A stretch of DNA of 64,000 bases from Iphione sp. A-MEVVRFRX5. Taxonomy: Eukaryota. The stretch is taken from positions 66,464,001 through 66,528,000 of the forward strand of contig OZ320316.1 in NCBI GenBank assembly GCA_976226885.1. Direction: 5' to 3'. The first letter of the stretch is position 1. Every line of letters begins with the position of its first letter. The notes beneath the pieces were generated by a model. The model had not been told where the DNA came from, did not search any database, and saw nothing but the letters and a program-made list of their open reading frames with translations. Positions 35,269 to 46,952 of this stretch are shown piece by piece. Both the position numbers and the translations under genes were made by a program.

Positions 35269-36217
35269 GGGTAAATTGGACCACTATAGGGAGGGTATAT
35301 TGGACTACTGGTCAAACTAACTGACTCAGTCCAATCTACCTACACAAACATTACCTTTTCTTTTATCTGTTAAGCAGGCTTTGGAGAAACCTTAGGGTAT
35401 CCGTATTTGTCTCAACATGGAGCTATCATATGAAGACAATCTATTTTGAACTAAGACAGTAAATTTAGTGCAAGTTTATGAAACTCCATGATGTACCCTT
35501 TTCTACTGTATTTTTTATTGAAATGAAAAGCATTATTTAAAAAAATAAATAGAGAAATATTTATTGGTTTTTATTTATTTACTTTTGGTTTTAACATATT
35601 TTGGACTTTTAATGACAAGATAACTGGTATAGATGTGTGGTAATTTGCCCGGGTATTCAAGAAAGTCATCAACAAAGCTCCTGTCACTAGTGCAAGGAGC
35701 TTTTTAGGCATGAGAGGTTATCTTGTCAAATCAATTTTTCCAGTTTTTAAAATGTTTGGTGAAACATTTTAACTATACATGTACACAGAGTTTACAAAAC
35801 TGCAGCAACATGTATGAAAGGAATCTAATACCCCAGGAATGCAGGTCCCATTCTGTTGTACATATTTTGATGGTAGAAGTCACAAAGTCCATTGGCATTA
35901 CAACTAATAGTGACCAAAACCTTTCAAAGCCATGCTGTTGTTCATGGGACTGACAATTCTAGGACCTAGATTCATTTTACACCTGACTGTTCAGACTATG
36001 GTACCTGGTCCAATTTACCCTCCCTGTTGGGTAAACTGTACCAGTCATCAAAACTTTTCAATTGCATTTTACTCAAAGACTAATCTAACTAAAATTCCCC
36101 CAGTTTGTTAAAATATGCTGCAGCCCCTATTGCTTCAAATTAAGCAAAGTTTTTGGACAGGGGCTTAGACATTTTGATTTTAGAGCATGTTTCTCTTAGG
36201 GGGTCCAAATTACCCTA
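35269..36217. mobile_element. Non-autonomous DNA element with repeated inverted GGGTAAATTGGACC motifs
   Basis: GGGTAAATTGGACCA (35269-35283) is the exact reverse complement of TGGTCCAATTTACCC (36006-36020); further variants at about 35289-35307 and 36201-36217. True ends not found. Confidence 0.45.
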
Positions 36218-36339
36218 CCTTCAGCAACTTGGAATGAATATAACATGAACCTTGATAGTGGTCTTGAATTTAAAGAATTCGAGAGGGAAGTTTACTGATT
36301 TATATCTGACAGTGGTGATATTTCTGTCACAGACAAAAG

Positions 36340-37997
36340 AAGCATGTACACATAAAAATGAATTCTGAGCCTTATATATCATAGTTACAATACCAGCAGT
36401 CTCAGCTGTATTGGGGGTCAGTGCCTCGATGTCAAACGGCTGACCAACTTCAGCCCATTCTTCTAATCTGGGGGAAGAGGCTACTTTTATGACCTCCTCC
36501 ACAGAATATGTGTTGAACTTACTTGCCATTTTTGTATCCGTTTTACATCCTATCGTGTCAATGTCTGGAAGCGTGATCCCAATCCTTCCCCTAAGGGCAC
36601 CATTCAAGATGCCCACATCCAGTTTCCTCTGGTTATGCCAATTCTCTTGGCGTTCTTTATTACGCTTGTAACTACCCTCAAGTAGAACTTGAATATCCCC
36701 CTTGCGTCCTCATCGCCTGTTCTGCGCCAATCCATGAGTATTCTAGATTCTGCATTAGCTCCTTCATCTGCATTAGTTCCCCCGTACCTTCATCGATGGT
36801 ATAGCCCTCATAGTTCTTCTTCCTCATTCGCACCCTTGCTGGACACATTTTTCATGTAATTCCTTTTCAAGAGATATGTCCCAAGCCTCATCCGGTTTCC
36901 CCTTCATTTCGATCCCTTCTCCATCAGCCGGCCATGTAGGTCGTCGACACCCAATTTTTCCCATTGTCTGAATGCAAGCTGATGCACCTTTTGTTTCGTG
37001 GTGCCGTTCATTAAGACCATCAGGCCCCCCAAAAAATAAGGTGTGTTTCTGGTAACGGCCACCCAAAAACCTAAGTAGGGAGGGGGGTACCTTTTTTTTA
37101 AAATTTTCTTTCTACTTTCTTTCTCTGGTTTTTGATAATGATAAAGATAATATGAAGAATTTTGACCAATTTATAGTTTTTGCTGAATTTCCATGGATTT
37201 TATTGCTTTTCTACTGAATTTACAAAAACTATGTGCTGGTAAAACACACATCTAAGAAAATTCAGCCTTGGAATCTCTTTGGGGCCAAAAAATTTGTAGG
37301 TAGGGTGAGGTTTTACTAGGTAGGGGGGGGAGTTTACCAGAAACATGCCTATTGTTTTGGCCTCACCCTAGGAAGGTGGTCACTCAGTTGCCATGTCTTG
37401 ACTGTTACCACTCTTCTGCTGTCAAAATTCAACCAGATGTGATCCGGGCATGACCTCAAGCCCACAATTGTTGATTCATTTACTAGTTGGACAAAACAGT
37501 GGCTACCAAGGAGACTGCACAGTCCATACTCGCGCCACCTCCTTCAGCGAAATTTTAGTTGAAGTTGCCCATGATGGCAACATCTTTATGTGCCTACCGC
37601 TGCCTGCATAACTCTGATTCAGGCAACCATTTTCACATTTGGTGGTCGATATACCACAATCAAAAAGAGCGGTTTCCTCTTCCCTATTTTCAGATCTATG
37701 CCCAGTATTTCACACTCTGAGATTTGTTCAGAGTGGTTGGTGACTTGTTGGATGACCACTGAAATCTTTCGTACACACGAGGATCCCTCCACCTCTCTTC
37801 TTACTGAGAGATTGGCGATCCAGCCTGACTAGATTGTAGCCAGGTCGTCTCCACGGTCCATTGCCATGACTTGCCGTTAACCACGATTCAGTCAGACAGG
37901 CAATGCCAATGTCGTCCTCGATTAGGTGGTGACAAAGCTCATCCACCTTCTTCACTACACCCCTTATGTTGTAGTGTAGCAGGGACACACCCTTCAT
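36340..37997 (-). pseudogene. Decayed LINE (CR1/L2-like) ORF2 5' part: APE endonuclease plus linker, interrupted by a MITE
   Basis: Across frameshifts: HYNIRG, CLTESWL, DR...GGG, VVYRPP, IMGNFN, QLVNEST..DHI, LSDHLP; then FRQWEK..DL, KMASKFNTY and D-I..L linker motifs. RT core is missing. Confidence 0.85.
37023..37362 (+). mobile_element. 340-bp MITE (GGC termini, 3-bp TCA target duplication) inserted in the LINE ORF2
   Basis: TIR GGCCCCCCAAAAAATAAGGTGTGTTTCTGGTAA vs TTACCAGAAACATGCCTATTGTTTTGGCC; TCA at 37020-37022 and 37363-37365. Confidence 0.88.
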
Positions 37998-38611
37998 GAT
38001 AACTCTCTTGCTGACTTCCTCAAATACGAGTTCATGCAGTCAAGGACACAAGGACTAGAGCTGTAGTATTTTGTAGTTGACGGCATGACCACTGAATCTT
38101 TCGTATTTGAACCATAAACCCTACTCTTCACCGCTGTGGTAAAAACATTCGTTAGCCTATGTTAGTACTGGTTTCCTTAGTTGCAGGCCATGTGGAGACT
38201 TGCGGGCCCAGTATAGGTCCGTCACTATGCACTTCTTATTTTCTGGACCCTCGTGCAACCTAATGCATTATCAAGCATATACTGCAGATAAGAAACAAAC
38301 CTCCATAGATTCAACATGATCTATGAAAACACACTGCAATGCAACAGAGACTAGACACAGGGCTGGAAACCGGGCCTTATTTGTATTTCAATGGAAACTT
38401 GCCATGTCTAATGGTCTTCAATGGGCTATAGGCTCCTTTGCATGATAGAGAGGTGGGGGAGAGAGAGTAGGAAGGAATGACATGCTCATTTTAGATTTTC
38501 CTTTCTATATGGACTGAAACTGGTTAAATGAAAATATCGGGAAAATAAGGGTTGGCTGTTCACCTTTGTAACAATGAAGCTAGCTGAAGTCATTGCTGAA
38601 GTCATTGGTAA

Positions 38612-38883
38612 GGCGTAAACCAAAAATATCTGTTTCTAGTAAACTGAATAACTTCAGAAAGGATAATGATACAGAAATGCTCTATACCAAATTGATCCTT
38701 AGATCACTACCTTTCATTTGACACGGGTTTCATTAATATCTAAGCAGTAAAAAATGACATTTCCATATACATTTCCTTTTTTTAAGATACTTTAACATTG
38801 GAAAAGAATTTAAAAAATGGGACCTACCGACCAACCCTATCAATTTTCAGCATGTTACCAGAAACACAGATATTTTTTAGACC
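38612..38883. mobile_element. 272-bp MITE related to the TTTCTGGTAAC family
   Basis: TAA|GGCGTAAACCAAAAATATCTGTTTCTAGTAA ... TTACCAGAAACACAGATATTTTTTAGACC|TAA. Confidence 0.65.
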
Positions 38884-39222
38884 TAAAATACAGTGTTGAT
38901 TCTGTCCATCCTCCCACTATATTTGTCCAATACGTTGCTATTATTATATATCACTTTTTGGTGTATCATACTTGAAATGTGTCAAACATATTTTCTACAT
39001 AGGTCAAGGACAAAGTTTCACACCATAATTGTTTTCAGTTTCACAGGGTTTGAACTTAACGTTCATCTACTGACCATTATTCAACCGTGTTAAAGTACAT
39101 ATTGCTCCCATCAACTTGCTTGGGTGTATCATGTGAGCTCTATTGTTTTCAAATCGTCTGGCGAAGTCTTTGACTGGAAGAGGATTCGGGCTTACGCCGT
39201 CAGCTGTTTAACATATACATTT

Positions 39223-39568
39223 CAGGCCCATAGCCAGCAATTTTTGAGTGGGGTATCTCAAATTGGAGAGGTGGACCTCCTGGTTAGAGAGGTGGAACTC
39301 CTGGCGTGTGTTTTGCAAAGAGGAAAATTGGGTGCGAAATAGCATTGTTGCCTATTTGTTATGTAAAAATCAACTGATTTTCTCACATTTCCTCAGTTTT
39401 CCTCACTTCTGGTCACCAATGTATTTTTTCTCTGAGTGGACCTAATGACCCTTGTAGAGGTATTGGTCGATACTCCAGATATCCTTTTGGCTCAGGCCTG
39501 TCATTGTCACCGAGGTGGAACTCCTTGCCTTTGTGGGGGGTATCGGATGTTTCTTGGCTACGGGCTTG
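39223..39568. mobile_element. Non-autonomous TIR element (CAGGCCC(A/G)TAGCC termini), copy 1
   Basis: CAGGCCCATAGCC ... GGCTACGGGCTTG; internal GAGGTGGAACTCC repeats shared with copy 2. Confidence 0.65.
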
Positions 39569-39770
39569 TATTTCATGTATTTGTCCATTTTATAAACCTT
39601 CGTTTACCCTTCTTTGGGCTATTACTCATAACCAAATATAGTTGTCTCGGCGTTCGCCTCGCAGGGGAAATACACTTGAAGCACCATCTAAGTCAAGCCC
39701 GTAGCCAGGAAGTCTTATGGCGGGTATCTCAAATTAAAGAGGTGGAACTCTTATCTAGAGAGGCGGAACT

Positions 39771-39918
39771 NNNNNNNNNNNNNNNNNNNNNNNNNNNNNN
39801 NNNNNNNNNNNNNNNNNNNNNNNNNNNNNNNNNNNNNNNNNNNNNNNNNNNNNNNNNNNNNNNNNNNNNNNNNNNNNNNNNNNNNNNNNNNNNNNNNNNN
39901 NNNNNNNNNNNNNNNNNN
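39771..39918. other. Assembly gap (148 N)
   Basis: Direct reading. Confidence 1.
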
Positions 39919-39931
39919 TCATGATATATAG

Positions 39932-40230
39932 GGCCCCCCCCAAAAGGTGTGTTTCTGGTAACAGCCAGCCAAAAACCTAGGTAGGGAGGTTTTTTTTTTT
40001 AATTATTTTCTTCCGACTTTTTCACTGGTTTTCAAAGATAATAAAGACAATATGAATAATTTTGACCAATGTGCATGAGTTTCACAGTTTTTGGTTGAAT
40101 CTCCATGGATTTTATTGATTTTCTACTGAATTTAGCAAAAATATACAGCATGAAAACACATATCTAAGGAAATTCAGCTTTGCAAACTCTTTACGGCCAA
40201 CCAGAAACACACCTATATTTTTGGGGGGCC
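39932..40230 (+). mobile_element. ~300-bp MITE, same family as 37023-37362
   Basis: Colinear similarity through the body (AAAAACCTAGGTAGGGAGG, TTTGACCAAT, CCATGGATTTTATTG); TIRs GGCCCCCCCCAAAAGGTGTGTTTCTGG vs CCAGAAACACACCTATATTTTTGGGGGGCC. Confidence 0.85.
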
Positions 40231-43200
40231 TGGCCTAGAGGGGTGGAACTCCTGGCTTTCCTGGGGGGTATCGGACGATACCCCTGATATCCCTTTGCCT
40301 ACGGGCCTGTAAGCTCAACCCTCTCGAGGAAGTCGACAAATCATAGAGTCGTGAGAGGGGGAGGGATTTTAAATTACATAAAATCCTTGTATGTACGATT
40401 ACAAATTCAATAAACCTATTGGCTGGGTCCTTGTAGTTTATAATTTCGTGTAATCGTACATACCCAGACTTTGTCTAGGTGTCAATATACATGTATTTGT
40501 AAATCCAAAATAGTGTTTCTGGTTATTAATAGATAGTGTAGGCTGGTATGATTCCAGCTTAATTGACCCAAATGGTTAACGTTCAAATATGTTAAGTTTG
40601 AACCAAACTCTCCGGTGAAAGATTCTTAAATGGAGAACACTGGAGGAAATATTTGGCACTGTAACACAGAGGCAGCTTATTTTAGCTTGAATGCACATTA
40701 CAGCGAAACATGAACGGCGGCGACAGCAAATTTAGGCATGTAACCGCTTCTGTGTGTCGGTCTACTTTGCAGAGTATTGATCATCGTACCCCGGATCCAT
40801 TTACCCGAACCGTATCGGGTTGGAAGCGCAAAGCACTGTCTACTACGAGATGGCGCCTCCTAGTTCCATCAATCGCGGGTCTACATTTGCATGCAAACAA
40901 CGTCGAAATGTCGGAAGCAAAAATGACGTCATGGAAAATACCGAACGTTTTTACACGGGAGTGGTTACAGACAGTAAACCTCAGTTGCGTGTAAGATCTA
41001 TTTTCCGTAAAGTGCGTTCCACGGATGAGGATACGGATACGCCGACATAGAATTACATGAAGCAATGAAAGAATATCTGCGGGTACTCCTTTTCACGACA
41101 GAAACATTAACGATTGCGTATATAGTAGATCTAATCATTAGGTCTTCAGAACAACAATATCCCATCAAATTCTTTGAATAATGACTTTTACAGTCATAAC
41201 TAGAAAAGGCAAACGTCATCGTAGCGCTGTAAAAACTTAATAGTCATGTTTCTTGCAGAATTTGCTGCAGATATGACTCATACAGGAGACACTCATGAAG
41301 TGTGTATATCTAAGCATATCGATCGGTTCACGACAAATTTATTCTTGCCAGCATGGACTGAAAATAAAACTGCATGCGGGTATCACAATAAAAAGTTTAT
41401 CGTCGGAATCTAACGTTTCCGGAGAAAACACAAACACCAGATAAACGATCTGTAGGCTTTAGTGGATGAATAAAAATCCAACATCTGAAAACATCGAATG
41501 AGAGGCTATCCTGCCCTTGAAATGCTGAATAAGTAATAAGGAATAGTAAATAAATTCATGTGATACCTGATATAGTTTATGACATGCACATTCCGTGTAC
41601 CTATAGGATGGTACAAGATCTCGTGCCAAGTGCTTTCCGTTGTATACGCCCAACCAGGTAGAACCCCAATTTATTGATCTTCGCTTGGCGTGCTCTCGTA
41701 AACAGCATCAGGCGATTCGCCCACGTAAAACTATCATTACGCCTTTTGGTTTACTTGATTGCACGGAATAACTTCGTGGAAAGACGAATGTAATTGTGTG
41801 CATTGTGATTATTGACGTTTCCCCGACACACACATTGCATCAGTAACAAAAACCTTAGCCGAAACGGAGTCGGGCACACAACTAGCCCTGTGGCTTGTGG
41901 GAGGGCTAGCGAGTCTGTTCTGAATTCAGGTGGATCTATTCAGTGATAAGAGCTTAACAGTTCTACGTCTTGAATTACATGTATATATATATCACTATTA
42001 CAGTGTAAACTATCTGTAAATTATACAGGGCTTGGCTTCCAAAGAAAAGTTGTAGCACTTCCTAAAGTGTGTAACAAAGTAGCAAGTCATTTCAGCACTG
42101 GATCAGTGTGTCGCGAAACAAATTTGTTGCATTTTGTAATGCCTATGTCGCACCTTTTTTTGTGAAATGCGCCAGGTTGCCCAGCTCTGTTATAGCTGGG
42201 AAATTCATATATAGTGTCGGATTATAGGTTAGGCCTAAAAGAAATACACTATGTATCTGTATTTCCAGTAACATGCTAAGAAAATGTACGGTTGATAGGT
42301 TTTTGTTTATTGTTTCTTTTTTTATTGTTATGGAACCTGAAGACAACTATTTGGTCTTTCACTGACACTTCTGCTGCTTCGATCTTAATGATACCTGTAT
42401 CAAATGAAAGCTAATAATGTAAGTCTGTAGAATTATTCATTAGAAAGATATTGACGAAACAATTATGAAATGAACTGTTTATTCGATTGTGTATATGTAG
42501 ACCTTCAGAAATAAATAAAATAAAAAAAAAGTTGCAATACCGCCAAGGCCCACCTTCTATGGGCACGGACATTTCCCCCCGGCTCCGCGTAGATGTGTAC
42601 GGGAAATTACTGTATAAGGACAATCTCCACAAAAACCATACAATTTCCACCGGTATACTTTAATCTTCACGAAAAATGCACCGCTTTAATCTCCTCCTTG
42701 ACAGTGCTTGATTGTCTCCTGGCCATTCACCTGCACCCATACACCTGTGCCCGTACACATGGAAATCGGGGCTCATGAAGGCTCTGGAAAATCGGCCAAA
42801 ACTCTCCGGACTCTTCTGTATATGGGAAAAATATCTGGACATATGGAGACACCCAACCTAGGGGTGGTCGGTCTATCAGAAAATTTTTATAGTAGGCCTT
42901 ACCAACATCTCTCTGAAGAGAATGGCTGGGGGGGGGGGGGGTCGGAAGAGCCTCTCCACGTGCCCTGCTCACCGGTTGTAGACATGCAATGTTCATCTCA
43001 AAGGATGTTACGCGATTAATATTCAAGGGATGTCTAAAAAAAAACATATAGTGAGGGTCGGTGGCTACCAGATGATGACAGCCACAAACAGCTGCACATG
43101 AAGGCTGCCATAGCCAAACATATCATGCACGATACTTCAACCGGGCTAACGTTTATTTTGTAGCGCAAACACGATCCTGAAATGCTCAAAGACATATTGT

Positions 43201-43459
43201 CGTAATAGGTTCACAGTATTTTCTCCCTGCCAGTCTATTCTGTTCTCTTGCTTATATTTACATTTTTGTTTAAATATGTAGCGTTTACCTCAGCCTTTAA
43301 AAACTTCAGGGGTTTTTATATTAAGCTGAGAGCATTTGCCAGTTGATATTGAGTTTAGCCAGCATTATAAAAGGGTCTTGCTTAAAACATTGGCTTGAAC
43401 AGGTTTTCTGTTTCCCAAACGAATGAAATGAGAAATAAAGAGCGTCATCGATTCCAGTT

Positions 43460-44460
43460 CTGTAGATTCCAAACAATGCTTAGCCCCGAGGGAATAGCCA
43501 TTTATAATCGTTGAATCCATCTCTTTTACACCATTTCCCTTTCTTTTTGATAATCCATTAATGGAGGGGTTCTTAGGAACTTTATGATTGAGATGGAGAC
43601 TCCATTCCATCCTGCCCCTTTCGCGGGTGGACATTGATTCATGTGTTGCACTATAGTCGTATCTGAATGGTGAAGGATATCATATTTGTGGTTACTGAAG
43701 CATTCTGCAATGGTTTGTTGTGTTTGTCTGTACTGGGTACCGCATGTAGTGCAAGTAATCAAATATATTAAGTTGTTGCTCCTGCAGCTGACATTGTAAG
43801 TGTGTATCGGCTCTTTGGTAGTGCGGCATATGCCTTGGCCACTTCTATTGAGCTTGAGGCAGTATTTGCAATTGGTTTTTGATTTGCAGGGGTTTGCAGG
43901 GCCCTTGTGAGTGGTGTTTGTCTCATTAGTGAGTGTTGGGAGTTTGGCCCATACTAGGCTATCACTGATTTTTTTGTTCCGGCGTTTGCCAAAGATTAAG
44001 CGGGTTTGTGTTAGAAACGGAGTCCCCTTCACTTTGTTCAGGTCTTCCCAGTGTTTGGTGATAATTCTTTGGAGTGGGGGATTGGTTGGGTTATGGTCAA
44101 CAATTATGAATAGTTTTTGTTCCTCTTTTTCTTCTCCTGTATTTATGCGGCTTTTTGGTTGTAGTAGGCTTGCTCTGTTAATCATGGCTACCCGTAGGAT
44201 GGATTTCTCAATAAGGTTGGAGGGATATTCTCTTCTGGATAGGTCCTAGTACAGTAGCATTGCATGTTCCAGAAAGTCCTCTTCGCTGCGGCAAATTTTT
44301 CACAGACGTAATAGTTGTGAGTATGGGATTGAGTTCTGACAGCTTGTTGGGTGACATGATGTATGTAATAGGTAATTCTAGTCCGTGGGTTTCTAATAGA
44401 CGGTGGTGTAGATTTGTCCCTGGTTGCTGATGCGGACTCTCGTTTGAGAGCTATGAGAGC
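43460..44460 (-). pseudogene. Penelope-like retroelement 3' fragment: RT thumb, linker and GIY-YIG endonuclease
   Basis: GQIYTTVY*KPTD*NYLLHTSCHP..CQNSIPYSQLLRL*KIC; KR(G)YP-like; PCKSKTNCKYC; VSCRSNNLIYLITCTTCGTQY; H..DI; HMN; KRE...WIQRL...PSGLS. Several stops and frameshifts. Confidence 0.9.
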
Positions 44461-46888
44461 TTGGTGGCAGTGCAATCAAATAGTCGTCGATCGTTCTCGT
44501 AAACACTGTAATGCAAAAATATATGGTATGGATTGAAACATTTGAGGTTCATTATCCAGAGGGATGATCGTATCCATCAGCTTCATGGATTGGCAAACAT
44601 TTCACCTTATATAAGCACCGCTTCATTTGTCAGTCGGTTGAACGATTTGAATGCTCGTGTGCTCTCATCTTGGAGGCTTTGCCCTTCCATTGTGGACGTT
44701 TGAAACAATAACAAACACATCACACATCTTAAAATAATGAAGACATTGATTTAGACAATGGGCATGAGGCTAATCCATGCTTCAACCCTCCGATAACTGC
44801 GCGTTCATGGAGTGTTCCTTGCCCAAAGAAAATTAAGGTATTACTAATTCAATCTTATCCACATTTCAGTATCATGATAAAACCCAGTGGAAGCATATGA
44901 GGAGAGGTGCGTACCCTTAATTTATTGCATCGGTCATATGTATGTGGGTGTATTTTATTTCTGTGCTTTTGCTTTTGTCTGCTGAAATTTGTATTCAGAA
45001 GGTACATTTACTTCCCTTAATACTACGCAAGATTGTAATGATGAAAAGTTTGAGGGTAAAGTCAATATATTGTTTCGATTTATATGATTAGCTAGTATAT
45101 TGCATTTCCTTCACCGAGAAATAATGAGTGGCAGGGCTGTTTTAATCAAAAGGCAGTACACGTGCACAGTTTCCAATCAAATCTTGATATAAAACCATAT
45201 ACTCTGCTCATACTCTCGCCCCCCCCCCCTCCCCCGCAAGAACTTTTGGCTCCTCTGCTGCTTTCCTTATTTCCTCTGTTTCACTCTCACTGTCTGCCTG
45301 TCACCTAGTCTGCCTATCTCCCCTTCCCCCTTACACACGCACCGGCCTGATGTCTAGTTTGTTGATACACAGACAAAGCCCTTCCCAGTCTCTCCTTGGT
45401 GTTGCCTGACTGTTTTTTTCAAACTAGGGTCCTTTTCTGGCTTATCAACGCCATATATTGCTGGTTCAAACTATGACCAGATCACTCTGTCTTGGTACAC
45501 GAACTGATGTAGACTGCATGTGAAGCTTGTACCAAAATGAACCTTTGGGAAACGGGATGGTGTTAAACATATCTCTAACTGCTGAATGGCATCACATGCC
45601 ACAGTCTTCCATTCATCGTTGCCTTCTCTCTTCACCAGATCGCCCGTATTGTTTGCGTTCTTTTGTTGTCTGCTTCTCTGTGGCCGACTTCTGGATGAGC
45701 GTGTACATATGGGGCCTTTGTTGTATCCTTTTTGCGGATCATTGTCTAATACAACCTGTAACACATCAAGATTTTTGACAAGCTATCAGGTTGATCTCGC
45801 TTATCATTATTCCTCGAGTTTCCTTGACTGTATGCCTATGTATGTTTGACACTAACATGTTCAGCACTCATGCAAGCATCATAAATCATTTTACAGGGTA
45901 TGTGTCTAGTTCAGTTTATCGTAAGAGTATAATTACAAAGTTTACAAGGTATCTAGTGTGAAAAAATGCTCATTGCCCCTGATTCATCGTTCTCTAAGCA
46001 TGTGTCTATGGTGGGATTCGATTATGACATTGTCAAAGAATTAGGGGCGTCTTGGACGATTAATGTCGGCTAGCGAAGGCCCGACATCTCGCGAGTGCTT
46101 CAACCAGCTGCCTGCAGATTGATCGCGATGGTTAATCGATCTAACACTGACAGAATTCAGTAGGCAAGTAAATTCCTATCTATTACAAATTTCAATGACA
46201 CTCACACAGACATACACAAATTATAATGGCAGTCAAGGGTCTCAATAGAAGACACACTGAGTTTGGCTTGGATCTTGTTTATTTGCCACAGTTCTCACAA
46301 ACCCATGCATATGTCTCCATGAAAACTATAATAAAAATAAAGAAATACCCTGCTTAGAATTCTGACTAACACAAATGGCCAAAAAGGTTATACACACTCC
46401 AAGAAATTACAGACTTGGGGCCTCACTACCACTAATGGGTCATACAATTAAATCTCTTGGCAGGCATACAAGTCAAACTGACAAGTTTAGAATCAAAACC
46501 TGAAGGTATACATAGTCTAAAACATAAAATAACTATACATGCATGTACACTACAAGTTCATCTAACATAAGCATATGTTTACTTACCTCCTTGGTCCTTT
46601 CTTGTGGTTGAAAAACATCAATTGACCCATCGCTGAACGTCGAAGTAGCAGGTAGCGCGGACGTCACTTTTATGTAATTGCGACATCGTCTCAATTTTAA
46701 GCAATCTGATTGGTGAATTATCATAATGACGTCACAATTTGTAAAAGTGACGTCTGCAGTACCTGTTACTTCAGCCGCTGGCGATCGGCTCATTTGGGCA
46801 GAGAAATCCACATGAAGTCAGTTCCTACTGGCTGCCATCTTGTTTCTGCCTCAATCCCAGAATTCCTTGGGAACTAATTTACATAACT

Positions 46889-46904
46889 GCCACTAGAGGG
46901 CAGC
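46889..46904 (+). promoter_or_regulatory. CTCF-like motif GCCACTAGAGGGCAGC
   Basis: Close match to the CTCF core CCAC(C/T)AG(G/A)(G/T)GGC(A/G)C; function not demonstrable from sequence. Confidence 0.4.
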
Positions 46905-46952
46905 AACTACATGCCTACTCTTACACAAATTAACTCCCTTGGTCTTATATGT

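Larger units (their letters stand above)
39694..40309. mobile_element. Same TIR family, copy 2; spans the assembly gap and a nested MITE
   Basis: CAAGCCCGTAGCC ... GCCTACGGGCCTG; GGTATCTCAAATT and GAGGTGGAACTC shared with copy 1. Confidence 0.55.

Noticed and set aside
36221-36616. 131-aa ORF first read as LINE ORF1 (E.LTP-like motif)
   Set aside because: It continues the APE frame after MITE removal and carries ORF2 linker motifs (ASKFNTY); it is ORF2.
39436-39943. ORFs of 162 and 62 aa near the gap
   Set aside because: They run through Ns and MITE sequence.
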